The notes under the pieces are model-generated. The model was given only the letters and a program-made list of their open reading frames with translations, was not told the DNA's origin and did not search any database. A stretch of DNA of 64,000 nt from Propionicimonas sp. Lineage in GTDB: Bacteria; Actinomycetota; Actinomycetes; Propionibacteriales; Propionibacteriaceae. The position numbers were made by a program, and so were the translations under genes. How positions within the stretch are numbered: the stretch's first letter is position 1; each line of letters starts with the position of its first letter. Below, in pieces: positions 47,364-58,364 of the stretch. The stretch lies in contig JARKPQ010000037.1 of NCBI GenBank assembly GCA_029975155.1, positions 3,725-67,724 of the forward strand, read 5' to 3'.

Positions 47364-48704
47364 ATGAAGCACTCACTCGCTCGATTCCAGTCGCGTCGGA
47401 GCGCGCTGATGGTGGTCGGCGTCCTGCTCGCGACGACGCTCGCCGCCTGCTCGAACGGAGGCACCGGCGGCGGCACCCCGACAGCGTCCCCGGTGTCGAC
47501 GGCCAAAGACTTCTCCGGCGCCACGATCGACATCGAGGCCACCTGGTCCGGTGCCGAACAGCAGAACTTCGAGGCGGTGCTCGCCAAGTTCACGGCGGAC
47601 ACCGGCGCGAAGGTCAACTACACGAGCTTCGGCGACAACGGAGCCACGGTGATCGGCACGCAGGTCGAGGGCGGCAACCCGCCGGACATCGCTGTGGTCA
47701 GCCAGCCCGCTCTGCTGAAGCAGCTGGCGACCGCCGGCAGCATCAAGCCGCTGTCCGACGAGGCCCTGGCTGCCGTCCAGAAGAACTACTCGAAGGACTG
47801 GCTCGACCTGGCGACGGTGGACGGCAAGACCTACGGCGTGTTCTTCAAGGCCGCCAACAAGTCCACGGTCTGGTACAACAAGGACATCTACGACCAGGCC
47901 GGCGCCACGGTGCCGAAGGACTGGGACGACTTCCTCACGCAACTCCAGAAGATCTCCGACTCCGGCTACGCCGGCATCTCGATCGGGGCGGACGTCGGCT
48001 GGCCGTTGACCGACTGGTTCGAGAACGTCTACCTGCGCACGGCTGGCGCCGAGAAGTACGACCAGCTGACCAACCATGAGATCCCGTGGACGGACCAGTC
48101 CGTCACCGATGCGCTCACGGTGCTCAGCCAGCTGTTCGGCAACTCGCAACTGGTGCAGGCGGGCGCCGTCCAGCGCACCCACCCCGAGGCTGTCGTCGAG
48201 GTGTTCGGCGCCAAGCCGAAGGCGGGCACCTACTACGAGGGTGACTTCGTGGCCGGCAACATCGCCGACGACGGAAACTCGACGGTCGGGAAGAACGCGC
48301 TGTTCTACGACTTCCCGTCGGTCAAGGGCTCCGCGCCGGCGGTCGTCGGCGGTGGCGATGCCGCGGTGGCGTTCAACGACGACCCGGCCACCCAGGCGCT
48401 GATGACGTACCTCGCCAGCCCGGAGTCGGCGGCGGTGTGGGTGCCGAAGGGCGGCCTGACCTCGCCGAACAAGGGCGTCGACCCGGCGCTGTACCCCGAC
48501 GACGTGTCCCGGGCGATCGCAGAGGCGCTCACCGGCGCTCAGACGTTCCGCTTCGACATGTCCGACCTGACCCCCACCGCCTTCGGCGGCACGCCGGGTC
48601 AGGGCTTCTTCCAGATCATGATCGACTTCCTGAAGAAGCCGAGCGACATCGCGGGTGTGCAGCAGAAGCTCGAGGCCGCAGCGGCTGCGTCGTACACCAA
48701 GTGA
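47364..48704 (+). CDS. Sugar ABC transporter substrate-binding lipoprotein (AglE-like)
   Basis: Lipobox LAAC, KSTVWYN, GWPLTDWFE and FDMSDL. Confidence 0.9.
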   Translation: MKHSLARFQSRRSALMVVGVLLATTLAACSNGGTGGGTPTASPVSTAKDFSGATIDIEATWSGAEQQNFEAVLAKFTADTGAKVNYTSFGDNGATVIGTQVEGGNPPDIAVVSQPALLKQLATAGSIKPLSDEALAAVQKNYSKDWLDLATVDGKTYGVFFKAANKSTVWYNKDIYDQAGATVPKDWDDFLTQLQKISDSGYAGISIGADVGWPLTDWFENVYLRTAGAEKYDQLTNHEIPWTDQSVTDALTVLSQLFGNSQLVQAGAVQRTHPEAVVEVFGAKPKAGTYYEGDFVAGNIADDGNSTVGKNALFYDFPSVKGSAPAVVGGGDAAVAFNDDPATQALMTYLASPESAAVWVPKGGLTSPNKGVDPALYPDDVSRAIAEALTGAQTFRFDMSDLTPTAFGGTPGQGFFQIMIDFLKKPSDIAGVQQKLEAAAAASYTK

Positions 48705-50020
48705 GCGGTGACCGGCGACGGAACCCGGGGCGAGGACGGGCGACCGTCCTCGCCTTCGGCTTCCTGCTACCCGCCCTCGTCGTGCTCGGTGCGCTGGTGG
48801 TGTACCCGATCGTCTACACGGTGATCCGCTCGACGTACTCCGCGAACGGTGAGACCTTCGTCGGGTTCGGCAACTACGTGGCGATGTTCACCGATGCGGC
48901 GACGTTCACCGCGATCAGGAACAACGTCATCTGGGTGCTCGTGGCCCCCGCCGTGTGCACGGCGCTCGGTCTGCTCTTCGCTGTCCTGATGGAGCGGATT
49001 CGCTGGGCGACGGTGTTCAAGCTGATCGTCTTCATGCCGATGGCGGTCTCGATGCTGGCCGCGGGCGTGATCTTCCGGACGATGTTCCAGGAGAGTCCGC
49101 AGCTCGGTGTGGTCAACGCGGCGGCCAGCGCGATCCACAGCGTGTTCTCCCCGACATCCGACTACCCCGGTGCGCGCCCGCGCGAAGGGGTCGGTGTCGA
49201 GGCGGTGAACGAGGCGATCGTCACTTCGGCCGACGTGTCTCCGGGCGAGACGGTCGGCTTCCCGCTGATCGCGATCCGCGCCGACAACGTCCCGGCGAGT
49301 GCGGAGCAGGCGCGGACGGCGCCGACGCCGGCGTCCGACCAGATCTCCGGCACAGTGTGGCTCGATGTCGTGCCGGGCGGCGGCGGCACACAGGGCCGGA
49401 TCGACCAGGGGAAGAAGGGCCTGCCCGGCCTTCGGGTCGAGGCGGTCGACACGGACGGCAAGGTCGCCGCGGCAGCCACGACGGACGCCTCCGGGCGCTT
49501 CGGCCTGTCCGGGCTCGACCCGGGTGCCGCCTACCGCGTCGCGCTGCCGGCGTCCAATTTCGGCGAGGGCTTCCAGGGGGTGTCGTGGCTGGGGTCGAGC
49601 TTCATCACCGGGGTGATCATCTGCGCGTACGTGTGGATCTGGGCCGGTTTCGCCATGGTGATGATCGCGTCCGGGCTGTCCGCGGTCGACCGCTCGGTGC
49701 TGGAGGCGGCGCGCGTCGACGGCGCCAACGAGTGGCAGGTGTTCACCAGGGTGACCGCGCCGATGCTGACGCCCGTGCTCACGGTCGTGTTCGTCACGCT
49801 CGTCGTCAACGTGCTGAAGATCTTCGACCTCGTCTACGTCATCCCGCCTGGCGAGTCGAAACCCGCCGCGAACGTGATCGCCGTGCAGATGTGGACCGTG
49901 TCCTTCGGCGGGGGCAGCGATCAGGGCCTCGGCAGCGCGCTGGCCGTTCTCCTGCTGGTCTTGGTGCTTCCGGTGATGATCTCCAACGTGCGCCGGTTCC
50001 GGCAGCAGGGAGGCCGCTGA
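48701..50020 (+). CDS. Sugar ABC permease with inserted extracellular beta-sandwich domain
   Basis: TM helices and EAARVDGA motif; insert ISGTVWLD...GLPGLRVE...TTDASGRF. Confidence 0.9.
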   Translation: MSGDRRRNPGRGRATVLAFGFLLPALVVLGALVVYPIVYTVIRSTYSANGETFVGFGNYVAMFTDAATFTAIRNNVIWVLVAPAVCTALGLLFAVLMERIRWATVFKLIVFMPMAVSMLAAGVIFRTMFQESPQLGVVNAAASAIHSVFSPTSDYPGARPREGVGVEAVNEAIVTSADVSPGETVGFPLIAIRADNVPASAEQARTAPTPASDQISGTVWLDVVPGGGGTQGRIDQGKKGLPGLRVEAVDTDGKVAAAATTDASGRFGLSGLDPGAAYRVALPASNFGEGFQGVSWLGSSFITGVIICAYVWIWAGFAMVMIASGLSAVDRSVLEAARVDGANEWQVFTRVTAPMLTPVLTVVFVTLVVNVLKIFDLVYVIPPGESKPAANVIAVQMWTVSFGGGSDQGLGSALAVLLLVLVLPVMISNVRRFRQQGGR

Positions 50021-50904
50021 TGGCCACCATCGGACTGACCCACGTGCGCCGCCCGCGAACAACCGCGCACCGCGCCTCCCGCGGCGTCGGTCGCACTGCC
50101 CTCAATCTCGTGCTCGTCGCCGTCGCTGTCGCCTGGCTCGTCCCGACGATCGGACTGTTCATCACATCGCTACGTCCACTCGGCGACAGCACCAGCTCGG
50201 GCTGGTGGACCGTGTTCACCAACGCGGCCGGACTGACCCTGGACAACTACTCCAAGCTGCTGTCGAACTCGACCATCACGAACTCGCTGTGGAACACCGT
50301 GTTCATCGCGGTGCCCGCGACCGTGCTCGTCGTCGGCATCGCAGCGCTCGCGGCCTACGCCTTCGCCTGGGTGGACTTCCGCGGCCGCACCGCGCTGCTC
50401 ATCGTGATCATCGTGCTGCTCGCGGTGCCGCTGCAGACCGCGTTCATCCCGCTGGCGCGACTGTTCGGGGCCATCGGCATCTTCGGCTCCGTCGTCGGCG
50501 TCGTCCTGTTCCACACGGCTTTCGGGCTGCCGTTCGCGATCTTCCTCCTGCGCAACACTTTCGCCCAACTGCCGTACGAGATGATCGAGTCCGCTCGGCT
50601 GGACGGGGCCAGCGAGTGGCAGGTGTTCACGCGAGTCGTCCTGCCGCTGGGCATGCCAGCGGTGGCATCGCTGGCGATCTACCAGTACCTGTGGACCTGG
50701 AACGACATGCTCGTCGCGCTGATCTTCTCCAACTCCCAGTCCCAGCCGATCACCGTGGCGATCCAGAGCCAGCTGCGCGCTTTCAGCTCGAACATCGACG
50801 TCCTGGCCTCGGGCGCGTTCCTGTCGATGCTGGTTCCCCTTGTCATCTACTTCGCATTCCAGAAGTACTTCGAATCCGCCATCCTCGCGGGGTCGATGAA
50901 GTAG
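50020..50904 (+). CDS. Sugar ABC permease (MalG/AglG-like)
   Basis: AAYAFA, ESARLDGA and WTWND. Confidence 0.92.
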   Translation: MATIGLTHVRRPRTTAHRASRGVGRTALNLVLVAVAVAWLVPTIGLFITSLRPLGDSTSSGWWTVFTNAAGLTLDNYSKLLSNSTITNSLWNTVFIAVPATVLVVGIAALAAYAFAWVDFRGRTALLIVIIVLLAVPLQTAFIPLARLFGAIGIFGSVVGVVLFHTAFGLPFAIFLLRNTFAQLPYEMIESARLDGASEWQVFTRVVLPLGMPAVASLAIYQYLWTWNDMLVALIFSNSQSQPITVAIQSQLRAFSSNIDVLASGAFLSMLVPLVIYFAFQKYFESAILAGSMK

Positions 50905-51177
50905 GGCCGTTGTGGGGTGCGCGCTCAGTTGTGAACAGAAAGGGGACGGTTCTTTTACCGTTCACCCGGCCGGGTCAATCCCTGCGATGGCCACGGGTCG
51001 CACGGCGGCAGAGGGTTCGCCGACACGCGCGGGGTTACGCGCTCGCGCGGTGGGGTACTGAGATCATTCAGGTGCGCCAATCGCCCGGTCCCCAAGCGGG
51101 CGTCTGGTTCCCCCACGAACGGCGGTGGCGGCCGATACCCCTCCCGGCCGCCGCCGCCCTTCCCTGTCTGTGGGGCC

Positions 51178-52647
51178 TCAGCCGGTGATCCGCGGCAGCA
51201 GGACGGTGCCCTCGCCGTCGGTGATCTCGGCATCCTCCTCCGGCGGTGTCGTCGAACCGGGCAGGCGGATCGTGAACTCCGCGCCGCCCGTCGCCGCGCG
51301 TCCGGCCTTCACCCAGCCGCCGTGCGCCTTGATGGTCTGGGCGACGATGGACAGTCCCAGGCCGGAACCGGGGGTGGTGCGTGCCTTGTCAGAACGGTAG
51401 AACCGGTCGAACACGTGCGGCAGGTCGCTCTCGGCGATGCCGGGGCCCTCGTCGCTGATCCGCAGCCGGTCATTGGCCAGCCGGACGGTCACCGTGCCAC
51501 CCGGCGGAGAGAATTTCACGGCGTTGTCGAGCAGGTTCGTGATCGCCCGCTCCAGACTGTCGGGCTCGCCCACCAGGTACAGCGACTCGAGTTCGACGTC
51601 GAAGACCAGGCCCGGTCCCCGCCGTCTCGCCCGGGTCAGCGCGCTGTTCACCACGTCCCGCAGGTCGATCGGCTCCGGATGCGGTTCCACCCGGTCCTCG
51701 CGCGACAGGTGCACCAGGTCGCCGATCAGCTGGGTGAACTCACCCAGCTGCGCCGCGATGTCCCGCAGGATCTCACCGCGCGCGCCGGGTGGCAGCATGC
51801 CCTGCCGGTCGTCCGCGATCAGCAGCTCGACGTTCGTCCGCAACGAGGTCAGTGGCGTGCGCAGCTCGTGCCCGGCGTCCGCGATCAGCCGACGTTGTCG
51901 GTCGCGGGACGAGTCCAGGGTCGCCATCATGGTGTTGAACGACCGGGTCAGGTCCGTGAGCTCGTCCATGCCGCCGAGCTCGATCGGCTCCAGCTCGTCG
52001 GTCTCCGTCACCCGGATCACCGCGTCCGTGAGCCGCTGGATCGGTTCGAGGCCGGACCGGGCGATCACCCAGCCGATCGCGCCGGCCACCAGCACGGCCA
52101 GCAGGCCGAAGGTGAGCAGCGAGAACGCGAGGATCCGCAGGATCTGGTCGGTGGGTCCCAGTGGCCGGCCGAGCAACAGCGCGTAGTAGCGGTCGGACGC
52201 CTCCCGGTTGTCGTCCGCGAACGGGATGGCGACGATCCGGTACGGGTTGCCGGCGGTGTCGACGCCCGTCCGCGCCACCGAGCCGACCTGCGTCCGGGCG
52301 ATGGCCCGCTCCGCGGCGCTGGGCACCAGATGGCTGCCGGGGCCGGGCGGGTAGACCTCGGTGTTGTCCGAACTCACCAGCATCATCGTCACGTTGGCCG
52401 TGGCCAGGGCGTCGTTGTTCAGCCCGCCCATCGACTCGGTGTCGCCGCGGATCCAGTTGGCGGTCACGGCCGCGATGTCGAACAGCTCGCCGTCCAGCTG
52501 GTTGTAGACCGCGACCGTGGTGATGATGTACGCGGCCACACCGGTGATCGCGACCGCGCCGGCCACCGCCGCCGAGATCAGCGCGGTGAGCCGGTCGTGC
52601 AGGGGACGGTTGCTGACCGAGAGGACGGAGCGCAGCCAGCGGATCAC
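51178..52647 (-). CDS. Sensor histidine kinase, MprB-like
   Basis: Two TM helices, [28 protein letters not shown] and GSGLGL. Confidence 0.92.
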   Translation of the reverse strand: MIRWLRSVLSVSNRPLHDRLTALISAAVAGAVAITGVAAYIITTVAVYNQLDGELFDIAAVTANWIRGDTESMGGLNNDALATANVTMMLVSSDNTEVYPPGPGSHLVPSAAERAIARTQVGSVARTGVDTAGNPYRIVAIPFADDNREASDRYYALLLGRPLGPTDQILRILAFSLLTFGLLAVLVAGAIGWVIARSGLEPIQRLTDAVIRVTETDELEPIELGGMDELTDLTRSFNTMMATLDSSRDRQRRLIADAGHELRTPLTSLRTNVELLIADDRQGMLPPGARGEILRDIAAQLGEFTQLIGDLVHLSREDRVEPHPEPIDLRDVVNSALTRARRRGPGLVFDVELESLYLVGEPDSLERAITNLLDNAVKFSPPGGTVTVRLANDRLRISDEGPGIAESDLPHVFDRFYRSDKARTTPGSGLGLSIVAQTIKAHGGWVKAGRAATGGAEFTIRLPGSTTPPEEDAEITDGEGTVLLPRITG

Positions 52648-53333
52648 GGTGGGGTCTCGCGCAGCACGTAGCCGATGCCGCGCACGGTGTGGATCAGCCG
52701 GGACTCGCCCTCGCCCTCGGTCTTGCGGCGCAGGTAGCCGATGTACACCTCGAGTGAGTTGGCGGTGGTGGGGAAGTCGAATCCCCACACCTCGTTCAGC
52801 AGCCAGCTGCGCTCCAGCACCCGGCGCGGGTTCTCCAGGAAGGTCTGCAGCAGCGCGAACTCGGTGCGGGTGAGGCTGATCCGCCGGCCACCCCGGATCA
52901 CCTCGCGGGTCTGCAGGTCGAGGCTGAGGTCGGCGAAGGTGAGCACGTCCGAACCCGCCTCGTCGCCGGCCGGACGCGAGCGCCGGGTCAGCGCGCGCAG
53001 TCGCGCCTGCAGCTCGTCGAAGGAGAACGGCTTGGCCATGTAGTCGTCCGCGCCGGCGTCCAGCCCGTCCACGCGGTCGCCGACGGCGTCGCGCGCGGTG
53101 AGCACCAGGATGGGCACGTCGTTACCGGACGCGCGCAGCGAGCGGGTGGTCTCCAAGCCGTCCAGCCGCGGCATCATCACGTCCATGATCACCGCGTCCG
53201 GGCGCATCGCGGACAGGCGGGCCAGCGCCTCGATCCCGTCGCCGGCGGTGGTCACTTCCCACCCGGAGTAGTGCAGCGACCGGGCCAGAGAGTCGCGGAC
53301 CGCCTGGTCGTCATCGACAACGAGGATGTGCAT
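52644..53333 (-). CDS. OmpR-family response regulator, MprA-like
   Basis: [21 protein letters not shown] and [13 protein letters not shown]. Confidence 0.93.
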   Translation of the reverse strand: MHILVVDDDQAVRDSLARSLHYSGWEVTTAGDGIEALARLSAMRPDAVIMDVMMPRLDGLETTRSLRASGNDVPILVLTARDAVGDRVDGLDAGADDYMAKPFSFDELQARLRALTRRSRPAGDEAGSDVLTFADLSLDLQTREVIRGGRRISLTRTEFALLQTFLENPRRVLERSWLLNEVWGFDFPTTANSLEVYIGYLRRKTEGEGESRLIHTVRGIGYVLRETPP

Positions 53334-53421
53334 GGTCCCAGCCTGCCATGAGCGGAGCGGGAGTGGGCCCATGCCCGCCTCTGCGACCTGGCGCGAAAAT
53401 GGGGACAGGTCCCATTTCCGT

Positions 53422-53931
53422 TCAGGTGGCCATCCCCGCCGGACGGGACGCGGCCCGCCGCTCCCGCAGGAGCTCGCGCGCCCGCTTGATCACCTCGGGC
53501 ATGGCTGCCTCGATCTGGTGGAGCGTGATCTGGAAGTCGGAGTCGTCGCCGTACCAGGGGTCCTCGATCGCCGAGCCGGGCACCGCGTGCGGGTCGAAGT
53601 CGGTGAGCAGGTAGAGCGGGTGCGCGTCGGGGACGAGCTCCTTGATCTTGCGCAGGTGGATCGGCTGCATGCCGATCACCATCGCCGCCGACCGGATCTC
53701 GGCCGCGGTCATCCGGTGGGCGGCGTGCGGTCCCGGCCTGTAGCCGGCGGCCTCGAGGGTGGCGACGGCGCGCGCGTCCATCGGGTTGCCGGTCTCCTCG
53801 GCGGACACCCCGGCGCTGGTGAAGCCGACGTGCAGCCCCTCGCGCGCGGCGTACGCGTCCGCCACGACCTTGGCCATGGGCGAGCGGCAGATGTTGCCCC
53901 AGCACACGAAGAGGATCTCGGGATCGCTCAC
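53422..53931 (-). CDS. Low molecular weight protein-tyrosine phosphatase
   Basis: CWGNICRSP and DPWY. Confidence 0.92.
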   Translation of the reverse strand: MSDPEILFVCWGNICRSPMAKVVADAYAAREGLHVGFTSAGVSAEETGNPMDARAVATLEAAGYRPGPHAAHRMTAAEIRSAAMVIGMQPIHLRKIKELVPDAHPLYLLTDFDPHAVPGSAIEDPWYGDDSDFQITLHQIEAAMPEVIKRARELLRERRAASRPAGMAT

Positions 53932-54305
53932 CGGTGCTCCTCACTGCGCTTGAAGAACGCGTTCAGGATGAAGCTCACGATCGACACGATCAGCGCGCCC
54001 CAGAACGCCGAGCCCCAGTCGGCGACGTGCCAGCCGATGCCGAACTGTTCGGCGGCCCACGACACCAGCTGCAACAGCAGGGCGTTGATGATCAGCAGGA
54101 ACAGGCCGAGCGAGAGGAAGATCAGCGGCGCGGTGACGAACGTGAACAGCGGCTTGATCACGCTGTTCACCACGCCGAAGATCGCCGCGACCAGCAGCAT
54201 GGTCATGGCCCTGTTCCAGGTGTCGCCCTCGGCGAGCGTGATCCCCGGTAACAGCCAGGTGGCGACGCCGAGGGCCGCGGCGCTGGCGAGGAATCGGACG
54301 AGCAT
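53928..54305 (-). CDS. Phage holin superfamily IV / YvlD-like 4-TM membrane protein
   Basis: GVVNSVIKP, SLGLFLLIINA and AFWGALIVS. Confidence 0.85.
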   Translation of the reverse strand: MLVRFLASAAALGVATWLLPGITLAEGDTWNRAMTMLLVAAIFGVVNSVIKPLFTFVTAPLIFLSLGLFLLIINALLLQLVSWAAEQFGIGWHVADWGSAFWGALIVSIVSFILNAFFKRSEEHR

Positions 54306-54360
54306 GCTTCCATGCTGTCACGGGTGGGAGAGTTCTCCTATTGGTTGAGATGGTCGAAAG

Positions 54361-55365
54361 GTGCATGACGTGGGGATCGACTTGAAGGGTCGGCACTTCC
54401 TGAAGGAACAGGACTTCAGCCCGGCGGAGTGGCGCGGGCTGCTCACCCTGACCGGCGAGTTGAAGGCCGCCCACAAGGCGGGGACGGAGGTGCAGCGGCT
54501 CACCGGGGCGAACATCGCGCTGATCTTCGAGAAGACCTCGACCCGCACCCGGTCGGCGTTCGAGGTGGCCGCTCACCAGCAGGGCGCCCACGTCACGCAG
54601 ATGGACGGGAACTCGTCCCAGCTCGGCCACAAGGAGTCGCCGGCGGACACCGCGAGGGTGCTGTCCCGGTTGTTCGACGGCATCGAGTATCGCGGCGCGT
54701 GGCAGTCGACGGTGGAGACGATCGCGCGGCACTCCTCCGTCCCGGTGTGGAACGGCCTGACCGACGAGTGGCACCCCACCCAGAGCCTGTGCGACATGTT
54801 CACGATGCGCGAGGCGTCCGGCCTGGACGACCACGACATCACCTTCGCCTTCGTCGGGGACGCCCGGTTCAACGTCGGGTGCTCGCTGCTGGTCGGTGGC
54901 GCGTTGCTCGGCATGGACGTGCGGATGGTCGCGCCGGCCAAGCTGCTGCCGCCGGACTCGGTGGTGGCCACGGCGCGGGAGATCGCGGCGTCGACCGGCG
55001 CCCGGATCACGCTCACCGAGGACCTCGACGCGGTCAAGGGCTGCCAGTTCCTCCACACCGACATCTGGGTGTCGATGGGCGAGTCGGAGAGCGTCTGGAC
55101 GGAGCGGATCCTGCTGCTGCGCGACTACCAGGTGAACACCGCGCTGCTGGAGCGCACCGGGGTCTCCGACGTGAAGTTCATGCACTGCCTGCCGGCCTAC
55201 CACAACCGCCAGACGACGGTTGGGGAGGCGGTCTACCAGCGCTTCGGCCTGGAGGAGCTGGAGGTGACCGAGGAGGTGTTCGAGAGCCCCGCGTCCATCG
55301 TGTTCGACCAGGCCGAGAACCGGATGCATTCGATCAAGGCGATCCTGGTCTCCACCCTGGCCTGA
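54361..55365 (+). CDS. argF: Ornithine carbamoyltransferase
   Basis: [29 protein letters not shown] and QAENR. Confidence 0.94.
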   Translation: MHDVGIDLKGRHFLKEQDFSPAEWRGLLTLTGELKAAHKAGTEVQRLTGANIALIFEKTSTRTRSAFEVAAHQQGAHVTQMDGNSSQLGHKESPADTARVLSRLFDGIEYRGAWQSTVETIARHSSVPVWNGLTDEWHPTQSLCDMFTMREASGLDDHDITFAFVGDARFNVGCSLLVGGALLGMDVRMVAPAKLLPPDSVVATAREIAASTGARITLTEDLDAVKGCQFLHTDIWVSMGESESVWTERILLLRDYQVNTALLERTGVSDVKFMHCLPAYHNRQTTVGEAVYQRFGLEELEVTEEVFESPASIVFDQAENRMHSIKAILVSTLA

Positions 55366-55525
55366 CCGGCCGGGGATCCCGAACCGCGGGGACGGTTCCT
55401 CGCTCGGTCCACCACCCCGCGGCATCGCTCGTCGAGCCTGTCGAGACGTGAACGGTAAGGGACCCGTCCCCTTTCCGTTCACGGTGCTGCTCGTTCCGCA
55501 CGCCTCGCGAGGCTAGGTTTGGCCC

Positions 55526-56572
55526 ATGGCGTTTCCACAGGTACTGCCTGAGTCCCGCGTGCCGGACCCGGCGTCCGCGCCGCCGCTGAACTGGGGGATC
55601 CTCGCGCCCGGCGGGATCGCGCACATGTTCGCCTCCTCGCTGCGGACGGCAACCCGGCAGCGAGTGGTCGCCGTCGGGTCGCGGACGCAGGAGCGTGCCC
55701 GCGCGTTCGCGGACGAGTTCGGCGTGGCGACGGCGCACGGCTCCTACGAGGCGCTGGTCTCCGACCCGCAGGTCCAGGCGGTCTACGTCGCGTCCCCGCA
55801 CAGCGAGCACGCCGCCCAGGCGCTGCTGGCGATCGAGGCCGGCAAGCACGTGCTGGTCGAGAAGTCGTTCACCCGCAACGCCCGCGAGGCCCGCAGGGTG
55901 GTGGACGCGGCGCGCCGGCGCGGCGTCCTCGTGATGGAGGCCATGTGGGCACGCTTCCTGCCGAACACCGACATCGTCCGGCAGCTGCTGGCCGACGGCG
56001 TCCTCGGCTCGCTCGAACTGGTCGTCGCCGACCACGGCCAGCGCCTCGACGCCGACTACGCGCCCCGGCTGCACGACCCGAAGCTGGCCGGCGGAGCGCT
56101 GCTCGACCTGGGCATCTACCCGGTGTCCTACGCGATGTTCGTGCTGGGCCGGCCCACGGCCGTCCTGGCCGGCGGCTCGCTCACCGCGTCCGGCGTGGAC
56201 CGGCAGGTGAGCGCGCTGCTCACCCGGTTCGTCGACCACCCGCAGGCCCAGGCGCTGGTCACCACGACGCTGGCCGCGACCACGCCGACGACGGCCACGA
56301 TCAGCGGCACGTCCGCCCGGATCGAGCTCGACGGCCCGTTCTACCAGCCGAACCGGGTGCGGCTCGTGCACCCGTCCGGTGTGCAGGTGACCAGCGCTGC
56401 GCCCACGCTCACCGGGCACCACGGCCTTGCCTACGAGGCAGCCCACTTCGCGCAACTCGTCGCGGACGGCTTCACCGAATCGCCGGTGCTGCCGCCGGAG
56501 GAGACCGTCGCGATCATGGACGTGCTGGACGAGATCCGTTCCCAGGTCCGGGTGCGGTACCCGGGGGAGTAA
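55526..56572 (+). CDS. Gfo/Idh/MocA family oxidoreductase
   Basis: WGILAPGGIA, GKHVLVEK and GGALLDLGIY. Confidence 0.92.
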   Translation: MAFPQVLPESRVPDPASAPPLNWGILAPGGIAHMFASSLRTATRQRVVAVGSRTQERARAFADEFGVATAHGSYEALVSDPQVQAVYVASPHSEHAAQALLAIEAGKHVLVEKSFTRNAREARRVVDAARRRGVLVMEAMWARFLPNTDIVRQLLADGVLGSLELVVADHGQRLDADYAPRLHDPKLAGGALLDLGIYPVSYAMFVLGRPTAVLAGGSLTASGVDRQVSALLTRFVDHPQAQALVTTTLAATTPTTATISGTSARIELDGPFYQPNRVRLVHPSGVQVTSAAPTLTGHHGLAYEAAHFAQLVADGFTESPVLPPEETVAIMDVLDEIRSQVRVRYPGE

Positions 56573-56632
56573 GCGCAACGAAACCGTCCATCCGTGCGTG
56601 GGCATCGTGTGACGGTCTGGCAGGAGGTCCTG

Positions 56633-57157
56633 GTGAGCGAGCCGCCGACGGTGGTCGCGGATACGGGCGTCGGCAGCTTCGAGGACTACGTCACCCTGCG
56701 CTCGGCGTCCCTGCTCCGGTTCGCCTACCTGATCACCCGCAATCGTGAGGACGCGCACGACGCCGTGCAGGAGGCGCTGACCGGGCTGTACCCGCGGTGG
56801 CGCCAGGTGGCCGGACGGGGGGATGTGGACGCGTACGTCCGCCGCAGCATCGTCAACGCGCACGTCTCGTCGTGGCGCAAGGTGCGCAGGATGTTCCCCA
56901 CGGCGGAACCAGAGGTGGTCGCGACCGCGCCGGTCGTGAGCGACGCAGCCGACGCGGTCGCGGACGCCGACCAGGCGCTGCGGCTCTGCGGTGAACTGCC
57001 ACCGGTGCAGCGGGCCGCCGTGGTGCTGCGCTTCTACGAGGACCGCAGCTTCGCCGAGATCGCCCGCATCCTGGGCTGTCCCGAGGGGACGGCCCGCTCC
57101 CATGTGCACCGGGCATTGAGTGCCCTGCGCGCACGGCTGGACGGGGGGCGGCGATGA
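56633..57157 (+). CDS. ECF sigma factor (Streptomyces SigE-like family)
   Basis: LLRFAYLIT, AHDAVQEAL, AYVRRSIVN and QRAAVVLRFYED...GTARS; GGAGG RBS. Confidence 0.9.
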   Translation: MSEPPTVVADTGVGSFEDYVTLRSASLLRFAYLITRNREDAHDAVQEALTGLYPRWRQVAGRGDVDAYVRRSIVNAHVSSWRKVRRMFPTAEPEVVATAPVVSDAADAVADADQALRLCGELPPVQRAAVVLRFYEDRSFAEIARILGCPEGTARSHVHRALSALRARLDGGRR

Positions 57158-58311
57158 GCGAGGACTTCGACCGCGAGGAGCGGGCGTTCGTCGAGGCGCT
57201 GCGCGGCGCGGTCGCCGACGAGGGCTTCCGTCCGCTGGATCCGGAGGCGGTGAAGCCGATCGTGCGGCGCCGGACGGCGGGCCCGTGGGCGCGAACGCTG
57301 GCCGCCGCTGCGGGGGTGGCGATCGTCGCGGGCGCCGGCGTTCTGGTGCTGCCCGGGCTGTTGAGCGGTTCGGGCGCGTCCGCGTCCGCCTCGATGGAGG
57401 CCGTGCCGGCGGCGGCCGGTGCCGCGGCGGCGTCGGAGGATCAGACCGCCAACGACATGGCCGGGGGCGCCGGAACGTCGCTGGCCTCCTGGGCGGCCCC
57501 GGCGGCCGGCTACCGATGGGAGTCGTACCGGGACGTGGCGGTGCAGGTGCCGGACGACTGGGGCTACGCCTCGGCGCCGCGATCGGACTACTGCCTGATG
57601 AAGACGTTCCCCGACGAGCCGTACGTCGATCTCGCGCGCGGAGCCGAACCGGTCCGCGCGATCGCCTGCGCCGAGCCGCTCGCCGACGACGACCAGGCCG
57701 TGCACCTCAGCTTCTCGCCCGCGGACGGCGAGGAGCCGTGGAGCGCCCCGTCCGAGGTGTGGCGCCAGTACACCCGCGAACTGGGCGAGGCGCGGATCAC
57801 CGTCACCGCCCAGGCCGACCAGGCCGGGTTGGCGGAGGAGATCCTCGACTCTGCGATCGTGACGCCAGACGGCGCCGACCCCAACGGCTGCCCGGTGACC
57901 TACCCGGCGGCGGGGCCGGTGGAGCTCAGCCGTCTCGACCCGTCGCGGATCGCCGTGTGCCTCTATGAGGCGGACGGCGATCGTGGCGCCTTCCGCGCCT
58001 CGGTGGTGCTCACCGACAGTGCGGCGGCCAAGGCGTGGCAGGCCGTGCAGTCCGCGCCGGGGGGTGGCGGACCGGACGGCGATCCGGCCCAGTGCGGGGC
58101 GAGCGCGGGCTGGCCGCTGCTGCTGTTCGTGGGTGAGGGCCGGGTGCCGGTGACGATGTCCGTCGGAGGCTGTGCCGGCAACGGGGTGTCGGACGCCGCA
58201 GCGGCGAGCAAGACCCGGAAGCTGACCTCCGCTCTCTGTCGGGCGCTGCTCGTCGATCCCGTCCGGATCTCCGTCGGCTCGGGGCCGGCCGGTGAGTTGT
58301 GCGCCCGCTGA
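57154..58311 (+). CDS. Putative membrane anti-sigma / sensor with Cys-rich extracellular domain
   Basis: Coupled to the sigma by a 4-bp overlap; single TM; role is inferred. Confidence 0.65.
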   Translation: MSEDFDREERAFVEALRGAVADEGFRPLDPEAVKPIVRRRTAGPWARTLAAAAGVAIVAGAGVLVLPGLLSGSGASASASMEAVPAAAGAAAASEDQTANDMAGGAGTSLASWAAPAAGYRWESYRDVAVQVPDDWGYASAPRSDYCLMKTFPDEPYVDLARGAEPVRAIACAEPLADDDQAVHLSFSPADGEEPWSAPSEVWRQYTRELGEARITVTAQADQAGLAEEILDSAIVTPDGADPNGCPVTYPAAGPVELSRLDPSRIAVCLYEADGDRGAFRASVVLTDSAAAKAWQAVQSAPGGGGPDGDPAQCGASAGWPLLLFVGEGRVPVTMSVGGCAGNGVSDAAAASKTRKLTSALCRALLVDPVRISVGSGPAGELCAR

Positions 58312-58364
58312 GACGGGCCGTCCGGTGAGCGCCCGGGGCCGTGGTCCCGACCTACACTCGCCGA

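Noticed and set aside
53928-54305. Holin-family gene as evidence of a prophage
   Set aside because: This 4-TM family is commonly chromosomal and there are no phage genes nearby
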